Shown here: positions 26,722 through 35,936 of the stretch, one piece after another
Layout: every line of letters begins with the position of its first letter
How positions within the stretch are numbered: position 1 is the stretch's first letter
From: a virus
Taxonomy: Duplodnaviria; Caudoviricetes
DNA length: 54,593 nt
Virus record (IMG/VR): IMGVR_UViG_3300019360_000011
Span: 1 to 54,593 of that record
Reading direction: 5' to 3' (one strand)
The notes under the pieces: generated by a model
The model's database searches: none
The model's input: the letters and a program-made list of their open reading frames with translations, nothing else
Told to the model about the DNA's origin: nothing
Translations under genes and position numbers: made by a program

Positions 26722-26991
26722 ATGCACCGCTATCACGTGACGTACACGAGGCTCGACACAGGTCGAGGGATGATCCAGACCTACAAGACGCTAGTCGGAG
26801 CGACGAAGCGTGCCGCGCAGCTACACCCGGCAACCGGCGTCAAGGTCTGGGACTCGAAGGCGGAGATCGGACATCGACGCGTGACGATCTTCGGGGACTG
26901 GATCGACCCGACTCGCAGTCAAGAAGACCCCGACCACCTCCGTGAGGAAGACGTCTTTCGTGGTCTCAGTGATGAGGAGGAAGCTCAGTGA
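26722..26991 (+). CDS. Hypothetical early protein
   Basis: AGGAGG RBS downstream of promoter. Confidence 0.65.
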   Translation: MHRYHVTYTRLDTGRGMIQTYKTLVGATKRAAQLHPATGVKVWDSKAEIGHRRVTIFGDWIDPTRSQEDPDHLREEDVFRGLSDEEEAQ

Positions 26992-27733
26992 CCGACGAGA
27001 AGATCCTCGAGAAGCTGGCCAAGATCAAGCGCCACGAGATGTCGGCGCGCAAGATCGGCTCTCTGGAAGAGGCCGAGGCATTCGCGATGATGCTACAGAA
27101 GCTCCTCACGCAGTACAAAAACTGGCGATGTCCGACGTGGACTACGCTCAGCACGAGAAACAGGAACCGATCGGCGAACACCGCGTCGAGTGGGAGGACG
27201 TGCGGGTCCGTCAGACGCGAGTCCAGTGGATCGAGCGCCTCGCTTACGTCATTGGCCGCGCACACTTCTCTCGTTTCCTGGTGTACCCGCGCTCTTCCAA
27301 CATCACGTTCATCGGGCGCGAGGCTGACGCGAAGATCGCCGGGTATCTCCTGGTCGTCCTGGTCCGGACCCTGGAACAGCTCTCTCACGACGCAGCATAT
27401 CGTGGCGGGAACAAGGGCGAGCGCGGGTACGGTTATCGCCAGGCGTTCATCGACGGCTTTGTCAAGCGACTCGCCGAGCGTTTCGAGGAAGAGCGTCGAG
27501 CGGCTCAGGCCTCGTCTTCCACCACGCTCGTTCGTCTCCAACACGCTCTGGTCAGAGTGGACGAGCACATGAAGATGTACAGCAAGAAGGCGTCGAGTCT
27601 TCAGGGCCGAGAGACGAAGAATCAAGAAGCGTACGACGACGGCCGCGCTGCCGCGAACAAGGTTCAGCTGCGTGCGAACGCTCTCGAGCACGACGGTCAG
27701 TCTGTGACCAAGGCGATTGGAGGTGGACGATGA
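26988..27733 (+). CDS. DUF2786-like protein split by a frameshift at 27117-27121
   Basis: KILEKLAK...EAEAF...KLLTQYK continues as LAMSDV...FIGRE...AFIDGF...AYDDG in the -1 frame. Confidence 0.7.
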
Positions 27734-27846
27734 GGAAGTGCACCCTGTGTGGAAAACCGGTCCGGCGGCTCAAGGTCTTCGACGACTTCTGGGCGTGGGT
27801 CCATGCCTCCCCGGCTGGGCACGTCGCTGAGGTGAAGAACGCATGA
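27730..27846 (+). CDS. Small Zn-binding protein (38 aa)
   Basis: MRKCTLCGK...WVH...H; ATGA overlaps at both ends. Confidence 0.55.
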   Translation: MRKCTLCGKPVRRLKVFDDFWAWVHASPAGHVAEVKNA

Positions 27847-28175
27847 CCCGTAGACCCGGCCGAAAGAAGCTCCCGCGTCTAACGCGCATGCTCTCTGGTA
27901 CCATGCGCCAGACCAATGCCGACGTGAAGGCGGGTCGTCTCGACCCCGAACGGCTGGTCACCCTACGCTCGGCGATGGCAAAGGTCGAGCAGGCTCACGA
28001 GCTGCTGGCCTCCGCCTCGCGTGAGATGTCAGCCATGAACGACCCGATCGGACAGCGGCCGTCGACATACCAGGTGCTACTGGGCCGACTCATCCTGCGA
28101 GCGGGCGACGTCGGATACTGGCGTGACACGGTGGAGCGTCTGCTCGATCGAATCGACAAGAAGGAGGAGCGATGA
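27843..28175 (+). CDS. Hypothetical protein
   Basis: ATGA-coupled. Confidence 0.6.
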   Translation: MTRRPGRKKLPRLTRMLSGTMRQTNADVKAGRLDPERLVTLRSAMAKVEQAHELLASASREMSAMNDPIGQRPSTYQVLLGRLILRAGDVGYWRDTVERLLDRIDKKEER

Positions 28176-28597
28176 ACCGAGAGATCCGCATGGAAGACGG
28201 ATTCCAAAATCGGCTGACGCTGTGCATGGAGAAGTCCAACAGCGGATGGAAGGTCTACGCGCGTCATAGCAAGATCGGGAGAGGCGCGACGACGATGCAC
28301 CGTGAAGAGCAAGGAGCCACACGCGCTCTCGCGGCTCTTGCTCTCGCGGCTCGTGGAGCAGGGTGGGAGCTTCGGGTCGAGTGCCGACAGACCGTCAACG
28401 ACCCCGCCCGCATGACCATCGACGAGAACGGCGAGCGTGTCTTCTACGACCGACACACCGGAGCGCCGTTCAGAGACGAGAGCGCTCTCCGGCCGAGCAC
28501 CGCCAGCCCGATCGTCTGGAGCTCCCTCGTCCCCGCCGGGCGCCCGGCCGACGAGTTCGGGGCGGGGTCTCTCCCCGCCCCACTGAGCCGCCCGTGA
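28172..28597 (+). CDS. WGR-like protein, paralogue of 26014..26346
   Basis: Shared R..DG....L, RG.T..H, AGW and DEF...S.PAP motifs. Confidence 0.55.
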   Translation: MNREIRMEDGFQNRLTLCMEKSNSGWKVYARHSKIGRGATTMHREEQGATRALAALALAARGAGWELRVECRQTVNDPARMTIDENGERVFYDRHTGAPFRDESALRPSTASPIVWSSLVPAGRPADEFGAGSLPAPLSRP

Positions 28598-28780
28598 GCG
28601 CCTCCCCAGCGATCGCTGGCGCGCCTAGTCTAGGGACGAACCGCCCGGTACCTCGGTCGGGCGCGGCGGGGAAGACCCTGGGAGTCGGGTCTAAGCTGAT
28701 GGTTACACTAGAGTTACGCGAGATGCCCGGCCGAGGTCATCGTAGGCGCAGGAGTTACGCCGATTGTAAAATCTTCGGTC

Positions 28781-28826
28781 GGCGTCGGTTTTTCCTTGCC
28801 TCCTACCTTTAATTTAGGTACGATGA
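28781..28826 (+). promoter_or_regulatory. Early promoter, copy 2
   Basis: TTGCCT-17bp-TACGAT; box at 28806-28818. Confidence 0.85.
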
Positions 28827-28830
28827 GCTC

Positions 28831-29109
28831 ATGAGATGCACGCGCTGCGGTCGATCGTCAGAGAGTCAGGTCTGCGTTCTCTGTACGGCCCACATGAGCC
28901 AAGCTGCTCTCGAGAAGATCATCGAGCTGGCCGAAGCGGCCATCGCTGCGCAGGCGATGACCGGCTCGATGCGTCGCATCTGCTGCGTGTGCCGAGCCGA
29001 GTTCGGCACAACGCCGTGTATCCCGGCGATGGATGGGCAGGTAACGCACGGGCTCTGCGGCGACGCGTGCGCCGAGATGATGGTCACGAACAAGGAAGGA
29101 GTGCAGTGA
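28831..29109 (+). CDS. Cys-rich Zn-binding protein
   Basis: CTRC..CVLC, CCVC...HGLC..C. Confidence 0.6.
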   Translation: MRCTRCGRSSESQVCVLCTAHMSQAALEKIIELAEAAIAAQAMTGSMRRICCVCRAEFGTTPCIPAMDGQVTHGLCGDACAEMMVTNKEGVQ

Positions 29110-29318
29110 TGGCGAACACAGAGTGGGTGGCTCCGGGCCGAGGCGCGACGGTCACAGAGTTGTTGGTCAAGCTCGGGCGTTACGGCGGTGGCGAGAACGG
29201 TGGTCTCCAGACCGAGCTCGCGATCGTCCGTCCCGACGACGCGCTCGCGCCGTACGACCGAGTGCGGGCCGTCGAGGCGCTTCGCCGCGTGGGCGTCCAT
29301 GTCGAGGACGGCCGATGA
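29109..29318 (+). CDS. Hypothetical protein
   Basis: AAGGAG RBS, coupled. Confidence 0.55.
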   Translation: MANTEWVAPGRGATVTELLVKLGRYGGGENGGLQTELAIVRPDDALAPYDRVRAVEALRRVGVHVEDGR

Positions 29319-29548
29319 GCACCCGCGTCCAGCGACTCAAGGTCCTGTCTCACACAGTCAACCCGTACCCTGGCGGATGGGTCGTGAAGAGCGGCACCTC
29401 TGGCGAGACGTATCTGGTCGTCCCTCTCCCTACGGGTGGTGCCAGCTGCTCGTGCCCGTACGGACAGAATCGCCCGGCTCCTCACGCCTGCTCTCACGTG
29501 GAGGCGGTCATCGGCTACGTCGAGCGGCTGAAGGAGGGAGACGCGTGA
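29315..29548 (+). CDS. SWIM zinc-finger protein
   Basis: Y.V...CSCP...CSH. Confidence 0.7.
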   Translation: MSTRVQRLKVLSHTVNPYPGGWVVKSGTSGETYLVVPLPTGGASCSCPYGQNRPAPHACSHVEAVIGYVERLKEGDA

Positions 29549-32021
29549 AGAACCCCGACACGACCGTCGCGTTCCGTCCGACCCTGACCTCTGACCAGCG
29601 CTTCGCGACGATCAGCCTCTGGCTGAGCCTGGCCGAGATGTGGGAGACGCTCGGCGAGCCAGAACGGGCTGGCTACTGGCGCGAGATGGCCGAGAGAGCC
29701 GGGTGGCGCTCAGGATTCGATCTCACGAAGGAGGACGCATGACCGAACGGATGGAGGTCCTCGACCGATACGAGACACAGATAACCCATGCCCTGTACCT
29801 CCTCGCTGAGGCACGTCACACGCTCGCCAAGGCGGGTATCGAAGAGGGCGACGTGACGACCTACGAGATGACCCAGCTCGCCAGTGAGCAGATCACCAAG
29901 ATGGTCGAGGCCCTACAGGCGGAGTACCGGGTCATACACCAAGAACTGAACTCGCTCCGCAGCGAGTTCTTCACAGAGGAGTGAAGATGCGCAGACCAAA
30001 GGACGGCGACGTGGTCCGAGTGAACGCGGAGATCTTGATGCAGTGGGTCGAGGGAGACCGCAGCGTCGGGATCGACGACGGGATGCTGCCGATAGCGATC
30101 TTCATCGGCGGTCGCGACTACGTGGTCGACTACGAGCCCGGATGCAAGCTGGTACTCACGGTCGCGGCCATGGAGCAGCTCCAAGGACGAGCCTACGACC
30201 AGCTCACAGAAGAGGGAGAATGAACATGATCGAGCAGGCCACCGACGCGCTGTACGTAGCCAACCCCAGACGGACGCTGCGCTACGTCTCTCACAAGATC
30301 CAATTCGCGAAGAACCGCCCCGACGTCGACTTCCTGATCTGGCACGAGTACGACGACCACGGCAACCACCGGATGCGTAGCCTCTACGGCCCAGGTCCCT
30401 GGGCCAGCTACAGCGAGCCGGCAGTCCTCGTCATCAAGGAGCTCGGGAAGATCTTCGCCGCATACACCGAGTACATCGGTGAGGGTATCAACGAGGTCCG
30501 TCAACTGGAGGTAGCCAGATGACCACGACCCGCGTCCGGACCCTCGGCTGCGGCTGCTACTACGGCGAGCGCGTGGTGATGTGCCCGACCCACCAGCCCG
30601 ACGTCTCGGCGGCAGCTCCTCGCTTCAAGATCACGGAGGCCCGACTGATCGAGCTGTCTCGTCGACTCGTCGGTCTCATGACCGAGAAGAACCGACCGAC
30701 ACAGGCCGAGATCCTCATCAACCTCAAGGCGTTCATGGAGGAGGGGTCATGACGCGCGTCAACCTAATCAGTCGACGCGCCTACTGGCAGTCTTATGCTC
30801 TCTACTGGGTCGGCGCTATCCGCTTCTGGGCGAATCGTAGAGACGATACCATTAGTCTCAGGAGAGCAGTGCATGAGTACGCTATGAGCCTCGAGAGGAT
30901 AAAGGAGTTCACGTTCGGTGGAGACCCAGGAACTCCGATGGGCCAGAGCTCGATGACCTGGGAGGAGAGAGAGAGAGATGGCGATGACGCTCCGGGAGCA
31001 TGACCCCGAGTCGACCGTCCCGCCACCACGAGACTGGGAGGTCCGCGTGGAGACGCTGGCTAGCGACCTAGCGTGGATCACGAGGCTCGCCCCGAGGATG
31101 CTGTTTCTCATCGCTGACGGCTCCCCAGACGCCGCAGCAGGCATGGCTCGGTCGATAGCCAGCCTGGGCCACGAGGTCCAGAGACTGGAGAGCCAACCGT
31201 GAGCCGACGACCACGCGACGTCAGGCAGATGGGCCTCTTCGACGAGATCCCCGCACCGATGAGCGAGCTCCCAGCACCGATGATGGAGAAGCCAAGCGAG
31301 GCTCCGCCGAGCCGTTGGCTGGACTTCTTCTGGCGCGAGCCGGCACCAGGCGGCAGTCAGATCGATGATCTGGTCTTCCAGGTCCGTCGTGATCTAGCTG
31401 CTCTGGAAGACGGTCCCGACGAGTTCCTGACCGAGCGAGTCGCGAGCTACCGCGCACTGATCCGACGTCTGATGGCCAGAGGAGAGGTCTAACCAATGAG
31501 GATGAGATACGACGACCCGCTAGCGGCCGCTACCGGGATAACGGTCGGGCTCCTGACCTCGGCGGTCTGGTGGGGCGCGCTCATCCTCGGAGGGTGGCCA
31601 CGGGTGATCGCGGTCGGGACACTCGTCGTCACGCCGCTCTTCTACGGGCTGCTCCGTGTGGTCGCGAGACCGAGATGAGCGCGGCGACCAGACGTCTGTG
31701 GTCCACGCGTCGTCGATGCCCGTACTGTCGCTGCTGGATCATACAGTGCGCGACGGAAGAGGTCGAGTTCTTGAGACAGGCTCTCGCGAGACAGAAGAGG
31801 AGGCAGAGATGAGCGAGCTGACCAGGTGCGACCACTGCTCCCTCGAGCAGATCAAGTATCGGGCCAGGATGGAGGGTCGTATCATCACTCTCCGACCTGG
31901 CGGCATCGGCACGAACGTGTTCGCACACTTCCCGGCCACCATCATCCCGCCTGACGCGACCACGGAGCACCCGAACTTCGTCGCTTCGATGATGAGCATC
32001 GGGAAGAGGTGCGGATGCTGA
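29545..32021 (+). other. Run of about 11 small translationally coupled hypothetical CDSs (starts 29545, 29739, 29981, 30220, 30519, 30749, 30978, 31199, 31496, 31675, 31809)
   Basis: Successive ATGA/GTGA overlaps, most with GGAG-type RBS; no recognisable domains; 31496..31678 is hydrophobic. Confidence 0.6.
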
Positions 32022-32411
32022 GACGAGCCTTTCTCGCAGTCATCCCGTTCTACCCTCGCACGCTCCCGTTCTCTGAGCCGCCCTGGACACTGCACGTGAT
32101 CACGTTCTACTGTTCCGTGTGACTGGTGCTGTGGCGTGTGGCGCACGGAGAACGGACAGCGCGTCGAGCTCATCCGCCCGGCCACCGGGCTAACCTCGCG
32201 TGGTCGGCCACCCGTAGAGGGACATACGGTCGCCGTGGACCCCTCGATCTGGTCGTACGGGACCAAGATCGAGATCGAGGGTCTCGGGACTCGAGTCGCC
32301 GGGGACTGCGGCGGAGACGTGCGCGGATTTCATCTCGACGTGTTCGTAACGAGTCACGAGCGCGCGGCGGCTCTCGGTCGACGCGAGCGGAGAGCAAGGA
32401 GAGTCAGATGA
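32015..32411 (+). CDS. 3D-domain (MltA-like) protein with a one-base insertion near 32114
   Basis: AVDP, GTKIEIEG, AGDCGG, LDVF; removing one T restores ITFYCPCDWCCG. Confidence 0.75.
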
Positions 32412-32887
32412 GACGAATGGGGCCACCAAGAAGGATGGTAATCGTCGGAGAGGGACCGAGCCCGCGCTTCTACGAGGCTCCGACCGTACACGCGCTGTAC
32501 GGCGGGCCGGCCAGTCGTCTCGGGCTCGCGGCCGACTGGTGTCGAACAGGAGACAGTCATAAGAAGGCATATCAGGAACTCCTCCGACACGCCTGGCTGC
32601 TCAACGTCTGCCGAGGACCTTGGGTAAAGGAAGAGGCGGTGACGAGAGCCGCGTCGATCCGGGCGCAGTTTCGCGACGGCGTCTTCGTCCTCCTCGGACG
32701 CCGGGTCGCGTCGGCGTTCCGACACCCATACCCGACTTATCGGCTGGTCACCGACGGGGTCAAGGCAGCAGTCGTCGTGCCGCACCCGAGCGGCCTGAAC
32801 CGGGTATGGAATGACCCCAAGACCTGGGAGAAGACCGGCAGGACGCTGCGCGAGGCATACCAGCTCAGCCTACACGGGTGGTCTTAG
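32408..32887 (+). CDS. Uracil-DNA glycosylase superfamily protein
   Basis: IVGEGP, LLN, VLLGRRVA, PHPSGLNRVWN. Confidence 0.7.
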   Translation: MRRMGPPRRMVIVGEGPSPRFYEAPTVHALYGGPASRLGLAADWCRTGDSHKKAYQELLRHAWLLNVCRGPWVKEEAVTRAASIRAQFRDGVFVLLGRRVASAFRHPYPTYRLVTDGVKAAVVVPHPSGLNRVWNDPKTWEKTGRTLREAYQLSLHGWS

Positions 32888-32905
32888 GTCTCAAGGAGGG
32901 GAGAG

Positions 32906-33073
32906 ATGACGAAGAGTGAGAAGCTCGTCTTGCTAGTAGCAGCCGCACTCGTCTCAGCATTGAACGGTGCGGTCGCCGAGGGTGTTGGGTGGAGCCCGTT
33001 GCCAGTCGCAACGGCGACGATGGCCTACGTCTTACTCGTGATGTGGGCCTGTCAGTGGTACTGTCGAAGATGA
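32906..33073 (+). CDS. Small two-TM membrane protein (55 aa)
   Basis: AAGGAGG RBS; MTKSEKLVLLVAAALV...; below the ORF-track cutoff. Confidence 0.6.
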   Translation: MTKSEKLVLLVAAALVSALNGAVAEGVGWSPLPVATATMAYVLLVMWACQWYCRR

Positions 33074-33104
33074 GCGCGTAGCCTCACGACTGGCTACGCG
33101 CTCA
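33071..33104. terminator. Probable bidirectional terminator between convergent operons
   Basis: Perfect 13-bp stem TGAGCGCGTAGCC/GGCTACGCGCTCA with 8-nt loop. Confidence 0.7.
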
Positions 33105-33110
33105 CGGCTC

Positions 33111-33311
33111 TTACTCCCCGTTCCAGTGCTTCATCATGTTCAGCCCGGCCGCGAACATCGCCGTCAACAGCGGCACGCTCGCGACGATCAACGGACTGTC
33201 CTGGATCACCTTCTGAAACTCCGGCGAGCTCAACGCCGGGATGACGCCGGACGCCACGACGACCAGAAACGTCTTCAGAGCCTTCATGACCGTCTTCTTC
33301 GGATCGTACAT
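33111..33311 (-). CDS. Putative holin
   Basis: 66 aa, two TM segments, end of lysis cassette. Confidence 0.55.
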   Translation of the reverse strand: MYDPKKTVMKALKTFLVVVASGVIPALSSPEFQKVIQDSPLIVASVPLLTAMFAAGLNMMKHWNGE

Positions 33312-33598
33312 CAGTCTCCTCCGTTCTCGTCTTTGAAGTCGTAACCGGGGATGTCTGCGATCTCGATCTTCAACTCCCGCGCGACGATCCGAACGGTCGC
33401 GTAGAGCGTCATCGCGTAGTTGTTGAGATAGTGGAAACGTTTGTTCATCCGTCTGACACCGACGCTCAAGTCCTTCACGTCTTTCTCGAGCTCGTGAATC
33501 GCCCGCAGCGTCTGTCCGACCGACTTCATGTGGAGCAACAGCGCTCCACCTGCCGTCAGGACGACCGCGACAACCGCGTCGAGATGCTCAGCGGGCAT
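33311..33598 (-). CDS. TM plus coiled-coil protein (lysis region)
   Basis: N-terminal TM then heptad-like region. Confidence 0.55.
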   Translation of the reverse strand: MPAEHLDAVVAVVLTAGGALLLHMKSVGQTLRAIHELEKDVKDLSVGVRRMNKRFHYLNNYAMTLYATVRIVARELKIEIADIPGYDFKDENGGD

Positions 33599-33917
33599 CG
33601 GGAGCCGCTGCCTGAGGCTCTTCAGGCACAGCGAAGTCGCCGTGCTGGTACTTCCACCGCCGATCGGTCAGCTGCGCCCAGTTTCGCAGCATGCGGTTCT
33701 CTTCCTTCAGCTCCTCGATGTCCTTCTCCATCGCCTTCACCGTGGCCTTCATCGAGGAGACGTCTGACACGAACGTCATCACCTGCGGTCCGAACGTCGC
33801 GAGAGCCGTCGCCAGAGCCGTCGCGCTGATACCGGTCGCGACGACCGCTTTCCTGCGGCTCCCGTTACCACCCGGCGGGATTGTCTCCTCTCCCGGACCG
33901 AGGTTGAGGTAGCTCAT
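33588..33917 (-). CDS. TM plus coiled-coil protein (i-spanin-like topology)
   Basis: TM then MKATVKAMEKDIEELKEEN. Confidence 0.55.
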   Translation of the reverse strand: MSYLNLGPGEETIPPGGNGSRRKAVVATGISATALATALATFGPQVMTFVSDVSSMKATVKAMEKDIEELKEENRMLRNWAQLTDRRWKYQHGDFAVPEEPQAAAPDAR

Positions 33918-34660
33918 CAGTTCTTCCCCCAGCTCACTCCCGACATGGCCCTGACGATGTTCACACGCTGGCCAGTCTGATTTGCCTCGAGGCCCCCGAT
34001 GAAGTCGATCATGAGCGTGACCCCGAAGTCTCCGACGCCGAACAGTCGGATCATACCGCTCGCCTGGACGGCCATCGTCCAGCCGTACCCGAGCCGCTCG
34101 TCTGGACCGACACCGACCTTGAAGCGTCCGCCGCTCGCCCCTCGGTCCAAGAAGTAGACCCCGAAAGACGCCCAGAGCGGTGCGCTGGTCGCCGGACGCA
34201 TCGCTACCTCGGGGAAACGAGAGGCAAATCCACCCTCCACGAACGTCGAGGCAGCGAGCCTCGGGATAGGCTTGTAACGAACGAGGAACGCGACCTCGGC
34301 AGCGTTGAAGGTCGACACGTCATTCAGCCGTAGCTCACTGTCTGGGAGCGCGGTGAGGTCGGCGACCACATGCGCGTGTAGGGCACGCTTGTGCCCGGCG
34401 AGCTGCCAGTCGACGAAGATACGAGCGAACGGCTCGACGACCGTCTTCTGCTGCCCGAGGACGGTCATCCCGCCAGCCACCACCGCGACGTCCGGCGGTG
34501 GCATCGGCTCGTCGACCGGCTCCGGAGCAACAGGCGGGATGACGTCGTGATGCACGAGTGGCTCGGCAGCCGTCGGCTCTTCCTGGGGAAAAGCTGAGAT
34601 CCCCAGGAAGAGCACGATCAACAGGAGCACGAATCCGACTCGAGTCTTCATGCTTCCCAT
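33917..34660 (-). CDS. Secreted protein, possible outer-membrane beta-barrel
   Basis: Signal peptide, Pro-rich linker, amphipathic strands, ends SGVSWGKN. Confidence 0.5.
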   Translation of the reverse strand: MGSMKTRVGFVLLLIVLFLGISAFPQEEPTAAEPLVHHDVIPPVAPEPVDEPMPPPDVAVVAGGMTVLGQQKTVVEPFARIFVDWQLAGHKRALHAHVVADLTALPDSELRLNDVSTFNAAEVAFLVRYKPIPRLAASTFVEGGFASRFPEVAMRPATSAPLWASFGVYFLDRGASGGRFKVGVGPDERLGYGWTMAVQASGMIRLFGVGDFGVTLMIDFIGGLEANQTGQRVNIVRAMSGVSWGKN

Positions 34661-34670
34661 GACTCCCTCC

Positions 34671-35141
34671 TCACTGACAGGTGACGTTCGCGGACCCTGT
34701 CACGAAGAGACCGGAAGAGACGTCTTTGACCGAGACCGCCAGCACGCAGTTCCCGGCCGCTTTGCACTCGAGGTTCGGCCCGTTGTAACTCCCGGTGTCA
34801 CCACGGAGAGCGCAGATCGAAGAAGGAGACGCCGACCACTGGATCGGCGACGACTCGTTACAGGTGTCCGGCCGGGTCGGCTTCGGCGTGGCGTCGAGGT
34901 CAGCGAAGACGCTGGTCGAGACCGCCAGCGACGATGGGGCCAGGACGTTCACGCTGCTGATGGCCGCGCACGCACCGGTCGGTGCCGGAGACGCCGTCGC
35001 GCCTCCCTGGATGTTGTTGTTCGTGTTCGTGTTCGAGATGTTGATGTCGCCCGGCTTGGTCGGCGTGTCGTTCTGGCACGCCACGAACCCGAGCGAGAAC
35101 ACGAGAGCGAGAGCGAGACGAACGAGCGAAGTGATCTTCAT
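34671..35141 (-). CDS. Lipoprotein with Ig-like domain
   Basis: FVAC lipobox, N/T-rich linker, beta-rich domain. Confidence 0.65.
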   Translation of the reverse strand: MKITSLVRLALALVFSLGFVACQNDTPTKPGDINISNTNTNNNIQGGATASPAPTGACAAISSVNVLAPSSLAVSTSVFADLDATPKPTRPDTCNESSPIQWSASPSSICALRGDTGSYNGPNLECKAAGNCVLAVSVKDVSSGLFVTGSANVTCQ

Positions 35142-35602
35142 ACGACCTCCTTACCAGTTTCGATTATCTGTGCGTGTCGCTCCCAGCGCTTCGTCGTCTG
35201 GGAGTACGCTTTTGACGACCTGATCCCTGCGGCAGCGGCAGGCCAGTCGGCCAGCTGCATCGCAGCGAGGGTGCTCTTGAACGTGAAGAGGCCTCCGACA
35301 CCGAGCTGAAACGCCATGCTGATCACGACATTGAGTCGCGGGGTGTCGAGGCTGAGGAGCCACGCCCCACGTGCGCGGATGCCCTCCTTCTTGAGGAGGA
35401 TGTCGTCCTCGAGCAGACGAAGGACCTCCTCGTCGGTGAGTGGAAATGTGGAGATGTAGCTGGGGAGTCGACCACCCTTCCTACGGTCGATCAGGTGTCC
35501 GACTCCGATCGTCCAGAAGCCGAGCGAGTCGACGTACGGAAAGTTCCGCCAGCCTTCGTCGTCGATGAGCTTCTTCGCCAGTGGGTCATTCTTGCTTAGC
35601 AT
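35138..35602 (-). CDS. Endolysin, T4-type/GH24 lysozyme
   Basis: DEG....YVDSLGFWTIGVGH (E-x8-D-x5-T), MAFQLG. Confidence 0.9.
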   Translation of the reverse strand: MLSKNDPLAKKLIDDEGWRNFPYVDSLGFWTIGVGHLIDRRKGGRLPSYISTFPLTDEEVLRLLEDDILLKKEGIRARGAWLLSLDTPRLNVVISMAFQLGVGGLFTFKSTLAAMQLADWPAAAAGIRSSKAYSQTTKRWERHAQIIETGKEVV

Positions 35603-35603
35603 C

Positions 35604-35936
35604 TCAGCTCCTCGCTTCCAGCAGGTGAGACGGGAATTCCGCGCCGAGAAACTCGCACGCGCGACGAACGTTCTTGAACACCTCGGGCTTCCACGACGTG
35701 TTCGCCAGACAGTCGAGCGCGTGAATCTGTTCGGCCTCGGTGATCTCGACCTCGCACTCTCGGATCAGCACCCGAGCGCCGAGAGGCTGTGCCTTCGAGA
35801 TCTTCGCTAGCTTCACGAAGAGCAGGTGATGTGCCAGCGTCTGTGGAGCTGACAGGCGCAGTCGATGCTTGGACAGCCCCATCCAGATGAACTGGAAAGC
35901 CTCGTACGCCCGATCATCGTCGAAGGTCAGTCTCAT
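35604..35936 (-). CDS. Hypothetical protein
   Basis: Start moved to ATG 35936 (ATGA overlap). Confidence 0.55.
   Translation of the reverse strand: MRLTFDDDRAYEAFQFIWMGLSKHRLRLSAPQTLAHHLLFVKLAKISKAQPLGARVLIRECEVEITEAEQIHALDCLANTSWKPEVFKNVRRACEFLGAEFPSHLLEARS

Noticed and set aside
32117-32123. TGA stop-codon reassignment
   Set aside because: The interrupted genes need frame changes, not readthrough, and TGA terminates many genes in ATGA overlaps
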